NCBI GenBank assembly: GCA_018897155.1
Contig: JAHILE010000045.1
Location: forward strand, 2,236-66,235
DNA: 64,000 nucleotides
Reading direction: 5' to 3'
Source of the DNA: Nanobdellota archaeon
GTDB taxonomy: Archaea > EX4484-52 > LFW-46
A program made the position numbers and the translations under genes. The notes beneath the pieces are model-generated. The model had not been told where the DNA came from, ran no database searches, and saw only the letters and a program-made list of their open reading frames with translations. Numbering within the stretch: position 1 is the first letter of the stretch; each line of letters begins with the position of its first letter. Positions 1 to 9,185 of this stretch are shown piece after piece.

Positions 1-1025
1 AATTGAATGTCTTCAACAAGCGCTTTATCACGTGGCCTTATGTCTGGTTCGAATTTTTTGCCAGTAAGTTTTTGAATTCCCATTATATATCTTACCGCAA
101 TCAGAATCTGTTGTTCCGGAGTGTATTTTTTATCTCCTTCGGACATACCTCTTGCGAATTCTTTTGAATAGGATACCGGATCTCTTCCTTCGTCTATTGC
201 TTTGAGATAATCCTCTAAAGACCAATATCTTGAGGAATCAAAAGTGAATAACTCATCTTGTGAAACAATTTTGCCTTTTCTATTGCGACCATTTTCGGTT
301 TTAGTATCTGCAAGTATTATGCCTTTGTCATAAAGATATCCGAAGACAATTCCATATGCCATTTTGGAATTACTGCTTATCTCAGTGTATTCGTTAGGTG
401 TGCATATGTTATTATCAAAAAGATATTGTGGAGATACAGACATATCGGTTTTACCTTTGGTTGAAGGGGTGCCCATGAGATATGGAAGTTTTTGATTAAC
501 GATAAGATTTTCAGATAATGGGTGTCCGCAAAATTCTTTTTCACCTTTAACAAAATATGCGTGATATAATGAAGTCTCAGTACTGCTTCTTGCAAGATAT
601 AATCTCAGAACGTTTTCGAAAGGTATTGTATCAAGATTTTCTGCAGCGATTACTGTCGCATTCATGACAAGCCCGGGTATCTCAAACTGTGAGGTTCCTA
701 TTGCGGGTTCGACCATTTTTCTCATGAAGTTGTGATTTGTTGCCAGTACTTGATCTTTGAAAGGTATATCCCCTCGTCCTTTATCATGTGTTGAGATACG
801 CGGCGTTCTAACCATTATCCTTATAGGCTTTCCATCATCTGATAAAAGCGGTTTTTCATCGTTTGTTTGATATATCGAATCAGAAACTTTTCCAGGACGT
901 ACAATACACTTATTTAATTCCGGTACGCGCTTTATTATGTCTTCGGTCGGTGTTAATATGCCAATTTCACTCAGATAGTTCTTAACAATCTCTCCTGCTT
1001 CAGATTCATCCAGAAATCTTGTCAT
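1..1025 (-). CDS. purC: SAICAR synthetase (phosphoribosylaminoimidazole-succinocarboxamide synthase), N-terminal part; the C-terminus runs off the window start
   Basis: Minus-strand frame starting at ATG 1025..1023 stays open to position 1 (no stop in window, so absent from the ORF track). Translation contains PRISTHDKGRGDIPFKDQVLATNHNF and ILADTKTENG, matching the PurC motifs (DRISAFD...IPxKGxVLT, ILADTKFEFG). Confidence 0.65.
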   Translation of the reverse strand, partial: MTRFLDESEAGEIVKNYLSEIGILTPTEDIIKRVPELNKCIVRPGKVSDSIYQTNDEKPLLSDDGKPIRIMVRTPRISTHDKGRGDIPFKDQVLATNHNFMRKMVEPAIGTSQFEIPGLVMNATVIAAENLDTIPFENVLRLYLARSSTETSLYHAYFVKGEKEFCGHPLSENLIVNQKLPYLMGTPSTKGKTDMSVSPQYLFDNNICTPNEYTEISSNSKMAYGIVFGYLYDKGIILADTKTENGRNRKGKIVSQDELFTFDSSRYWSLEDYLKAIDEGRDPVSYSKEFARGMSEGDKKYTPEQQILIAVRYIMGIQKLTGKKFEPDIRPRDKALVEDIQ

Positions 1026-1117
1026 GATATATCCCCGAAATAGACTCATCACCAAAACTAAACAAAACTTTGTTGTTTTGTTTTAGTCCTCAAACATTTA
1101 AAAACCCTTTTAGAAAT

Positions 1118-1906
1118 CTACAAAAGCCTTGCAAAAACATCCCATCCAAACATTATGAGCAGGATAAGCGCGCCTACCACCTCTATTACTCGCCATTTTT
1201 TTGTTCCTTCAAGCACATCTGTTATTGTCAGGCACATCCATAGAAGAAAAACATATCCGCTCATTAGCGAAAATATCGAAAATTCCGGATGGCTCCAGAC
1301 CCCGATAAGTTCCCCCATCATTTCGTCAAAAACCGTAAAAAGCGCGACAAAATAAGCGAGCCTTATTTCACTCCACGATTTGAAAAGGGCGAGCGATACG
1401 GCAAACCATACTAATATTTCTATAGGCCTCAACGAAAAATCCAGATACAGCCAGTCAATAGCCATGATGGCTGGCGTTAAAATAAGAAATCCGTAGGTAA
1501 GTTTTGGAAACCATACTTTTTTTTCATACGCTTCTTCAAAGACTTTTCCGAAATTATATGATGCCCAGAATATTGCGCCGTAGCCTGGAAGAATCCAAAG
1601 CGGAACGCCGCCGAAAATACCGCCGAGGTATGTGAAGTACCCTGCATTGACTCCGATAAGTTCGTGTAAGTATCCTACAACTGCGGCAAAAATAAGAAAT
1701 ACTTTGCCTTTTTTATCGCTTTCGCGCCAGAAAAAAATCCAAAGCAGCGATAAAATCAGCGTTGCTGTGAATTCGTCTTCAGTTTCCCGATAAAATATCA
1801 GGGTGCCTATGATTGCAGACACTACGAATATGAAAAAATCTTTTGCATCATGGAGCAGCGCGTCTTTTCTGCGTTTCAGATTGTCTTTTAGCATGAGAAA
1901 ATCCAT
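1118..1906 (-). CDS. Polytopic integral membrane protein, function unknown
   Basis: 262-aa ORF with 6-8 hydrophobic spans; no motif recognised. Confidence 0.5.
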   Translation of the reverse strand: MDFLMLKDNLKRRKDALLHDAKDFFIFVVSAIIGTLIFYRETEDEFTATLILSLLWIFFWRESDKKGKVFLIFAAVVGYLHELIGVNAGYFTYLGGIFGGVPLWILPGYGAIFWASYNFGKVFEEAYEKKVWFPKLTYGFLILTPAIMAIDWLYLDFSLRPIEILVWFAVSLALFKSWSEIRLAYFVALFTVFDEMMGELIGVWSHPEFSIFSLMSGYVFLLWMCLTITDVLEGTKKWRVIEVVGALILLIMFGWDVFARLL

Positions 1907-1924
1907 GATATCACATTAAGCAAA

Positions 1925-2764
1925 TCAAAGCGCAGGAGTTATCCAGACTTCTATGAACGCCGCAATTATTAATAATGCGACGGAAAGGCCGAAAAGCGCT
2001 GCGGCATCTTTTATTATCCGCGTGTCTTGGTGGCGCTTTATGATTCCGATTGACAAAATACCCCCCGCAATTCCGGCAACAAAATACGCAGCTATTTCAG
2101 GAACGCCGTGCAGAGCAATTGAAATGAGGCCTGCCGGAAGGGAAATAAGGTAGCCATATACTGCGGAAAGGGGGTGGCTAATCTCTGACGCTGCTGCGCG
2201 CGCCATTCCTCCGACAAAAACAGCTATTATCGACGCATTCCATGCAAGTATGAATATGGCGCCTGCTCCGTAAAAGAATGACAGTATGAACGAAACAAAT
2301 GCCACGGAGAAATTATTCAGGAATATCTGCATAAATCCTTTTCCTTCAAATGTCGCAAAGCCGGTTTTTATATTTTCTCCGCGGATGCTTGAAAGCGTTT
2401 TTATCTGCTCACTGAACGCGTCTTTTACAAAATCCGCTGGAAGGACGGTATACCAGAATGACGCAGCAACGATTATCCCGAGAAACAAAAATGTGTATAT
2501 GTCAAAAGCCTTTTTGTGTATCTTAAGAAACCCCAAATCCAGGTGCTCATAATCTTCATCAAGCGTTTCTTCATTATTGAGCACATTATATATCATTGGA
2601 AACGATGCAAGCGTCACAAGAAACAGGAAGGTTGTCGAGATCTGTGATGGAAAAATATATGCTGCCAAAAAAAGGGAAACTGTGGTTGCCATCACGCCGT
2701 ATATAAACACATGCCACGGCTTTTTTTCAGCATCATCAGAAGTTTCGATATTCTCAAGAACCAT
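1925..2764 (-). CDS. SpoIIM/DUF95-family membrane protein
   Basis: 279 aa, multi-TM, conserved HGVPEIAAYFVAGIAGG segment typical of the stage II sporulation protein M / DUF95 family. Confidence 0.5.
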   Translation of the reverse strand: MVLENIETSDDAEKKPWHVFIYGVMATTVSLFLAAYIFPSQISTTFLFLVTLASFPMIYNVLNNEETLDEDYEHLDLGFLKIHKKAFDIYTFLFLGIIVAASFWYTVLPADFVKDAFSEQIKTLSSIRGENIKTGFATFEGKGFMQIFLNNFSVAFVSFILSFFYGAGAIFILAWNASIIAVFVGGMARAAASEISHPLSAVYGYLISLPAGLISIALHGVPEIAAYFVAGIAGGILSIGIIKRHQDTRIIKDAAALFGLSVALLIIAAFIEVWITPAL

Positions 2765-2821
2765 TTATATACTTGTTGAAATGCGTATTTATAGATTGAT
2801 TCATTTCAGAGATTAATTCTT

Positions 2822-3499
2822 TTACTTCGGAACTGTTTTTGCGCATTCGATGATATAAACGCCCGCATCTCTTTTCCATTCCTTATGCGCCTCAATAAGT
2901 TCTATTTTTTTCGAGAATAAAGGGCAATCAAGCACAAATGTCTCGAACTCTCCGCCTTCACCAGCAATATTTATTTTGTTTTTCTTTGATATTTCGATTA
3001 ACTCGTTCACTGCTTTTTTATCTAGTTTTCTTCCAAGCCAGCTTTTGTCAAGGCCTTCTGCCGCAACTGCTGTGATTACAACTTCGAATTTATTTTCAAG
3101 AAGCAGGTCCCAGTATTTTACGAGGTCAATATTCCACAAAGGCGCCTCAGATTTAAGCCCGAGTTTTTTCGCAATTGCATCGATGCGCTCCTTCTGGTAG
3201 TTTGAGTAAAGCGCGCCAGTTACGATACCGTCAACTTTTCCCTTTACCGTTGCGATGAGATTTTCAAGGTCCTTTAGTTCTTTTTCCTTTTCACCTTTTG
3301 TTTTTCCAGTAATTTGTGGGATGTTCATAAGATCTGCCTGCATCGCAGTGAGATGGACGTTTGGGTGGTGGAACATATAGCTGTCAGAACGCGCAGGCAT
3401 CATTGTAAGAATATATGTGATTTCATGGCCTTTTTGCTTCATTGCATATATTGCGAAAATGGAATCCTTTCCTCCGGAAATGAGTGCCGCGAGCTTCAT
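2822..3499 (-). CDS. PP-loop ATP pyrophosphatase, MJ0570/Dph6 (diphthine-ammonia ligase) family
   Basis: N-terminal SGGKDS PP-loop; the whole 225 aa follow the Diphthami_syn_2 pattern (SGGKDS...DSYMFHH...GAlySnYQkeRid...LGLkseaPLW). Confidence 0.8.
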   Translation of the reverse strand: MKLAALISGGKDSIFAIYAMKQKGHEITYILTMMPARSDSYMFHHPNVHLTAMQADLMNIPQITGKTKGEKEKELKDLENLIATVKGKVDGIVTGALYSNYQKERIDAIAKKLGLKSEAPLWNIDLVKYWDLLLENKFEVVITAVAAEGLDKSWLGRKLDKKAVNELIEISKKNKINIAGEGGEFETFVLDCPLFSKKIELIEAHKEWKRDAGVYIIECAKTVPK

Positions 3500-3501
3500 A
3501 A

Positions 3502-3702
3502 TTATCCGCCCGATACAACCTGAATAATCTCTATTTTGTCGTTGTTATTAAGCTCTTCGTTGTCCGGAATTATTTCTCCGCCGCGCTTTATCAGGACCAT
3601 TTCCGGATTAATTTTGAGAATCTGAAGTACATCCAGCCCGATTGCGCCGTATCTTAGCGCGAGCTTCTTTTTCACTTTTCCGTATGTGACAAAAACGTGC
3701 AT
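3502..3702 (-). CDS. ThiS/MoaD-fold small ubiquitin-like protein (SAMP-like), C-terminal GG
   Basis: ORF ends ...IEIIQVVSGG-stop. The internal Met (MHVFVTYGKV) gives a 66-aa beta-grasp-sized protein. Track ORF 3502..3768 has a longer upstream extension. Confidence 0.6.
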   Translation of the reverse strand: MHVFVTYGKVKKKLALRYGAIGLDVLQILKINPEMVLIKRGGEIIPDNEELNNNDKIEIIQVVSGG

Positions 3703-3755
3703 ATCCGGTTTTAGTTCCTTTAATTTATATATACTTCCTTTGACAATATCCTGAT

Positions 3756-4283
3756 ATGAACGCCTCAAATCCTCTTGAAGAAGATTATCAGAAGCTTACA
3801 AGGCAGGCAAGTTCGCTTCGGCCGCAAGGTGCGCAAAGGGCACCGCAATCCGCGGCACCGCGGCAGGATGAGTGCATTTTCTGCAAAATGGCCAAGAAAG
3901 AGATAAGGACGCGCCAAATCGAGGAGAATGCGAAATTTTCTGCGTTTCTTGACATCCAGCCAAAAGAGGCGGGGCATGTGATAATTCTTTCTAAAAGGCA
4001 TTTTGCGCAGATGGATGAAATGGATGAGGTCGAGGCTTCTACTTTGGTAGACCTTATAAAAAGCGTTTCATCGCGCATGAAAAAAGTTCTCGGAGCAACC
4101 GGATTTACAGTCATTTCCCAGAACGGTATATCTTCGGCGCAGGCTGTTGCGCATTTTGCCGTGCATGTGATTCCGACATATTCACAAAACGCCGTGGATT
4201 TGCCTGTGATGAACCTGATACAGCCGCAGAAAGTTCCGGAGTTTGTGATGGCTGATATTGAAAGGCTGCTAAGGAAGGTTTAG
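3756..4283 (+). CDS. HIT-family hydrolase (histidine triad)
   Basis: CIFCK N-terminal motif and HFAVHVIP (HxHxHxx) triad; a 40-aa Q/A/P-rich N-terminal extension. Confidence 0.8.
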   Translation: MNASNPLEEDYQKLTRQASSLRPQGAQRAPQSAAPRQDECIFCKMAKKEIRTRQIEENAKFSAFLDIQPKEAGHVIILSKRHFAQMDEMDEVEASTLVDLIKSVSSRMKKVLGATGFTVISQNGISSAQAVAHFAVHVIPTYSQNAVDLPVMNLIQPQKVPEFVMADIERLLRKV

Positions 4284-4285
4284 GT

Positions 4286-4768
4286 ATGCCGGCGCTAAAA
4301 GAGTTGAACAGCTTTCTAGGAATCGCTAGTTTATCTACGTACGCAGGCAGCGGACCTGAAGCAGATCCGGAAGAGCTTGATTTTAAAGAGTTGGAATACG
4401 AAGAAGGAAAATGGCGTTACTTGGATAGCTACACAGGATTTTTTCAGTCATGGGGACGGGAAACTGTGTGGTATGATAAAAAGCCATTCTGGACTCAAGT
4501 ATATGGCGGCGGAATGACAGAAAAATTTCAAATGGACAAAGATTTTGCGCACAAAACATTTGAATTTCTCAAAAAAGCATTATCTGCCGGCGAAAAACAA
4601 AAGAGCTTTCAGCCTCGCGGCCCAAATAAATTCGTTGATGGTGATTGGGAATATATTTGCGAATGGAAGGGCGATATTTCAAAATTTGAAGGGCATGAAA
4701 AAATTAAACTTAAAGGAGAATTAGCATTTACGCATGATTTCTTGGGCGGCTTAGTTCTTGATGGGTGA
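4286..4768 (+). CDS. Hypothetical protein
   Basis: 160-aa ORF, start overlaps the HIT stop region; no motif recognised. Confidence 0.4.
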   Translation: MPALKELNSFLGIASLSTYAGSGPEADPEELDFKELEYEEGKWRYLDSYTGFFQSWGRETVWYDKKPFWTQVYGGGMTEKFQMDKDFAHKTFEFLKKALSAGEKQKSFQPRGPNKFVDGDWEYICEWKGDISKFEGHEKIKLKGELAFTHDFLGGLVLDG

Positions 4769-4834
4769 AATCCAATATTTGATTAATTTATTCGATTGTG
4801 TCCGTATTTAAAGTTTCATTAAGATTCATATTTT

Positions 4835-6244
4835 ATGAATTCTTTACGTATGACCAAAATCGTCTGCACAATCGGACCAAAGACAGAATCTTATGAAATG
4901 CTTGAGAAGCTCGCGAAAGCAGGAATGAATGTTGCGCGCCTTAATTTCTCTCACGGCAGTTATGAAGAGCAGGGCGCAAAAATAAAGCGGATAAAAGAGC
5001 TTAATAAAAAAATAATCCATCCAATCGCGATTCTTCTTGACACGCAGGGGCCGGAGATAAGGACCGGCGTTCTGAAGGCAGACCTAAAGCTTCAGATGGG
5101 GGATAAATTCACATTTACTGTTGCAGATAAATTTGACGGAAAATGCGGCACTACAATCACATACAAGCAGATTGTCAAAGATGTGGAAAAAGGCCATATA
5201 ATACTTGTTGATGACGGCATGCTGGAATTTGAGGTTGAAAAAATATCGGGAAACGATGTCATCTGCAAGGTGCTGAATTCAGGAATTCTTTCATCAAGAA
5301 AGGGTGTTAATATTCCGGGAATCAGTATAAACCTTCCGGCGCTTTCCGATAAAGATGTTAATGATATAAACTTCGGAATAAAAAATGAAGTCGATTATAT
5401 TGCCGTATCTTTTGTGCGAAGGCCTGAAGAGATAACCGCCTTGCGCAAGCTTATAAAAGATGAGGGGGCAAGCACACTGATACTCGCGAAAATCGAGCAC
5501 ATGGATGCTGTGAATAATTTCGACAAGATTCTTGAAGTTTCCGATGGCATACTGGTTGCGCGCGGAGATCTTGGCGTGCAGGTGCCGTTTGAGGAAATTC
5601 CGATAATTCAGAGCAGGCTTATAGCAAAATGCAACAAGGCCGGAAAACCGGTGATTACAGCGACGCACATGCTTAACTCGATGACTGATTATCCCAGGCC
5701 GACTAGAGCTGAAGTTTCCGATGTTGCAAACAGCGTGCTGAATGGAACCGATGCAGTGATGCTTTCTGCAGAATCCGCAAAAGGAAAATACCCTGTTGAA
5801 TCTGTTGCTGTAATGGATAAGATTTGCCGGGCGACAGAGAAAACACTTGAGAGCAATATTGAAAAAATGATTTCGGGAAAGACTGTTCCGGAAATTATCG
5901 CGCGAGCAGTTGCCCAGAGCGCGGAAGTTGTCGGGGCAAAGGCAATAATTACGTTTACGATAACCGGAAACACCGCGCAGACAATATCCAAATTCAGGAC
6001 AAAAGTGCCAATATTTGCAATGACTGTTTCGGATAAAATCATTCGCGCGACATCCCTTTCATGGGGAGTCTATTCTTTTCGGATGCGCGAGTATTCGTCA
6101 ACAGACACAATGATAAAGGACGGCCTGTCTATTTTAAAGGAGAAAGGCGCGCTTGCAAAAGGTGATTTGATTGTGATAACGAGCGGCGTGCCGCTTGGAA
6201 AAGCAGGAATGACGAATTTGGCGGAGATTAGGAGAGTGGAATAA
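4835..6244 (+). CDS. pyk: Pyruvate kinase
   Basis: MTKIVCTIGP...ARLNFSHGS... N-terminal signature and full-length 469 aa. Confidence 0.9.
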   Translation: MNSLRMTKIVCTIGPKTESYEMLEKLAKAGMNVARLNFSHGSYEEQGAKIKRIKELNKKIIHPIAILLDTQGPEIRTGVLKADLKLQMGDKFTFTVADKFDGKCGTTITYKQIVKDVEKGHIILVDDGMLEFEVEKISGNDVICKVLNSGILSSRKGVNIPGISINLPALSDKDVNDINFGIKNEVDYIAVSFVRRPEEITALRKLIKDEGASTLILAKIEHMDAVNNFDKILEVSDGILVARGDLGVQVPFEEIPIIQSRLIAKCNKAGKPVITATHMLNSMTDYPRPTRAEVSDVANSVLNGTDAVMLSAESAKGKYPVESVAVMDKICRATEKTLESNIEKMISGKTVPEIIARAVAQSAEVVGAKAIITFTITGNTAQTISKFRTKVPIFAMTVSDKIIRATSLSWGVYSFRMREYSSTDTMIKDGLSILKEKGALAKGDLIVITSGVPLGKAGMTNLAEIRRVE

Positions 6245-6297
6245 TGTTGTAATGTCTGTCAATAGTTAGATATGTTGGTATCTGCGAGGGCATCTAT

Positions 6298-7557
6298 TTA
6301 AGAGTCTTGTAAAAGCCATTTCCATAGTGGTATGAATTTAATCTTTCCTTTCATATTAAACCATTCAGAATCTTCTTCAGCATCATAGTCTTCAGTAAGG
6401 ATTAAGAGTTTATGGCATTTTAGTTCTTCTCCGGCTTTAAGCAATGCACGTATTTCCCGCTTTTTGGTTTCAGGATTGCTGATATCGTAGCATACTTGAA
6501 TAAGTTGGGTTACTGCCAATTCTTTTTTAACTACAAAATCGACTTCTTCCTGCTGTGCGTTTTTCCAGTAATATGCACGTATTTCATGATTCAGTTCCGC
6601 TTTTTTTAATTTGCATGCCACAATATTTTCATAAAGTTTTCCGATATTCGGACTGAATTTGAATGCTTTAGCGTGTATGATACCGTTATCAGTGCAGTAA
6701 ATTTTCTTATTTGAAGATATTTGTTCCTTTACCTTAAATGAAAAACGAGGTATTGCAAAAACCAAAAACGCTTCTTCTAAATAGCCTAAGTATTTTTCGA
6801 CAGTGTATGGGCTTTTGCATTTCGTTATTTTGCTTAAGGAATTATAGGACTGTTCGTTTGCAATATTTGAAATTAAATACAGCGCAAGGTTTTCAATTCC
6901 TTCTGCAAAACGTATTTTATGCCGTTTTATAATGTCTTTGTAAAGTACGGAATCAAATAATGTCGAAAGATATTCTTTGAAATCCAGATGCTTCATCAAA
7001 GGCTCTGGATAGCCCCCATAGGTTATGTATTTTAGCAGCATTTCTTTTGTTTCGGAAGTTGTCAGCTCTTTTTTTTCAAAATGTAAAAATTCCTTGAATG
7101 AAAAAGGGAATATGTGAATGAGGCTGTGCCTTCCGGTAAGGTGCGTTGCCAGTTCCGCACTCAAAAGTTTCGCGTTGCTTCCGGTGATTATTAAATTATA
7201 TCCTTGCCTCGCAAGCCGGTTTGCAAATAGTTCCCATTTCGGCAAATTCTGGATTTCGTCAAACAGTATGTATTTCGGGTTGTAGTATATTGAATTTAAA
7301 GCTGAAACAATTTCGTCATAGTTTTGTGTTTCTGAAAGCTTTTCATCATCAAAATTTACGTATCCAAAATTGCCTTGTTTATTCAGAAAATGAAGCGCGA
7401 AAAAAGACTTTCCAGCCCTTCTTGGGCCAATAATCACTTTTATCAGAGGGCTATTTAGTTTATTCGAATCATAGTCTCTCTCAGCATATGGCTCTTTTAG
7501 CTTATTTTCAAGCTCTCTTTTTTGGAGCAGTAAAATGTCTCGAATCATAAAAAACAC
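6298..7557 (-). CDS. AAA+ ATPase, DUF4143-containing (COG1373-like archaeal ATPase)
   Basis: Walker A GPRRAGKS, Walker B ILFDEIQ, typical 400+ aa architecture. Confidence 0.8.
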   Translation of the reverse strand: MFFMIRDILLLQKRELENKLKEPYAERDYDSNKLNSPLIKVIIGPRRAGKSFFALHFLNKQGNFGYVNFDDEKLSETQNYDEIVSALNSIYYNPKYILFDEIQNLPKWELFANRLARQGYNLIITGSNAKLLSAELATHLTGRHSLIHIFPFSFKEFLHFEKKELTTSETKEMLLKYITYGGYPEPLMKHLDFKEYLSTLFDSVLYKDIIKRHKIRFAEGIENLALYLISNIANEQSYNSLSKITKCKSPYTVEKYLGYLEEAFLVFAIPRFSFKVKEQISSNKKIYCTDNGIIHAKAFKFSPNIGKLYENIVACKLKKAELNHEIRAYYWKNAQQEEVDFVVKKELAVTQLIQVCYDISNPETKKREIRALLKAGEELKCHKLLILTEDYDAEEDSEWFNMKGKIKFIPLWKWLLQDS

Positions 7558-8098
7558 CTGATTTATACGGATTCATGAATTTGTCAAATATATGCAATTT
7601 TGACATATTTGCTCGATTTTGAGCATTTTCATGTATTTTAAACATTATAATACGAGAAAGTTTATATATTTTTGTATTATGATGTTTTTCGTGTGTTTTG
7701 GTGTTCTAATGATTTTATTGTGTGTTTTAGTCAAAGCTTAGGGCTCGAGACGTAATAACTTGATAAATTTACATATGTTTTTGTGTGCGTTGTGGCTCAA
7801 ACAATATCATTTTACTTTGTCTTGCGCCCTTACGATATAATGGTAAACTTTTGGACGAAAGCTTACGATACAACCGTAAGCTATTTGGGGAATATTTGAA
7901 AACAAGGAAAAAACCGCGCGCGGAAAAATAATGTATTTGCTACTCTGGAAGTGGCTATTGGCGCGCGAGTTTGGGAAAAAAGGCGTGTGATGGCGAATTC
8001 GGCGAATGGAGTAGAAAAAGGCGCGCGAAAATTATTGTCCCATTTTTGAACCATATGGATCATTAGTGAGACAATGGTTGCGTTGAGGTAATGAGTAT

Positions 8099-8494
8099 TC
8101 AAAAATCTCTTGGAACTGCGAAAAAAGAGGATTGTTTGCGATATCTTCGGGGTGTAGGATTTCTGTAATTCGTTCTTATCGTATGGACTAATTGTGGTCT
8201 TGTGTGTGAATCAATATTTTCCCGCGATTCTTTAGTCCATCTATATCCACAATATTTACATTCGTTTGTATTTTTATAAATTTTAATTCTCTCGATTCTA
8301 TGTCTTCCTTCAGTATAGGTGCTATTTTTGTAAGTGCCATCTGAATAGAAGTATCGAGTTTCGATTCGATAGTTCCAAGGTATTCTTTCCATTCGTTCAA
8401 AATCTCTACCGATATGTTTTTTAACAAAAACTCTTTTACATACGGAGCATCTTGTAAAAACGAATATGAATATCATGATAATATCAATTATCAA
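8099..8494 (-). CDS. Hypothetical small protein with N-terminal hydrophobic segment and CxxC...CxxC zinc-ribbon-like pairs
   Basis: 131-aa ORF in an otherwise gene-poor region; CSVC and CKYCGY pairs; weak support. Confidence 0.25.
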   Translation of the reverse strand: MIIDIIMIFIFVFTRCSVCKRVFVKKHIGRDFERMERIPWNYRIETRYFYSDGTYKNSTYTEGRHRIERIKIYKNTNECKYCGYRWTKESRENIDSHTRPQLVHTIRTNYRNPTPRRYRKQSSFFAVPRDF

Positions 8495-8725
8495 GAGTGT
8501 AGAAAAGATGTCCGGATATTCTGGGATTAATACATATGACGTAATTCCAATTAAAATTGATAAAACTAATGGATCTTGATAGAATGGTAATGGTTCGATT
8601 TCACTACCAAATTTTAAACCCTTTTTAATAACACTTGATACGTAATTTAGTTCTTTTGGATAAATCCAAATGCATTTTATATTGTTTAAGCCATAAACCG
8701 ATTTCTTTTCCTCATATCTTTTTCT

Positions 8726-8932
8726 TTATTCCATTCTTTCATTATCATTGCTTTTATCCCATCCACCAGCATATTCGATATACGTATTATACTTTGGAAG
8801 AAAAAAATCAGCTCGTCTAAATCTCTTTGAATCTTCGTTCAAAAAAGTTATTTCTTTTTCTTGTTCATAGGTTATTCCTAAATTATCTAAAGCAGCACGA
8901 ACTGCGCGTTCTCCATCAGATTCAATGTTCAT
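8726..8932 (-). pseudogene. Vsr-like (very-short-patch repair endonuclease) remnant
   Basis: 68-aa ORF ...LDNLGITYEQEKEI...RADFFLPKYNTYIEYAGGWD aligns with the Vsr core (E..L..LG.r.r.....PDivfpKy.laiFvDGCFWH), but the catalytic Asp/His block is degraded and both ends are truncated. Confidence 0.35.
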
Positions 8933-9016
8933 ATAGGTCCTCTTGAATATGTTTTAATTTTCTAAGGTGTTAATCAATTAGTATCCCTCGGCGTTAAGCT
9001 TGTTTCGCGCGTCATT

Positions 9017-9185
9017 TCCCCTTCATCTGCGAATCAATAAGCTCCTTTTGCTGCGCGCTCCAGACGTTGTCCGGAGTTTTTTTGATGTAGTCGACCCACA
9101 AATCTATGAATTTCAGGCGCTCCTTGAAGTTCTGCTCTTTCTTTTTGCGAAGCTCTTGCGCGCTGATTTTGAGTTTAGTCGGCAT
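9017..9185 (-). CDS. Small ORF (56 aa) translationally coupled to the upstream nucleotidyltransferase
   Basis: ATG overlaps the stop of the upstream gene in an ATGCCGACTAA arrangement; below the ORF-track size cutoff; no family recognised. Confidence 0.3.

Noticed and set aside
5294-5668. 124-aa minus-strand ORF inside pyk (and similar antisense ORFs 9932..10522, 10146..10505, 10667..11087 in aspS; 33495..33954 in dnaG; 27548..28169 and 28372..28845 in topA; 59620..60174 in the P-type ATPase; 61868..62359 and 62495..62947 in hmgA)
   Set aside because: Fully contained in strongly supported genes on the opposite strand, with low-complexity/odd composition; these are shadow ORFs.
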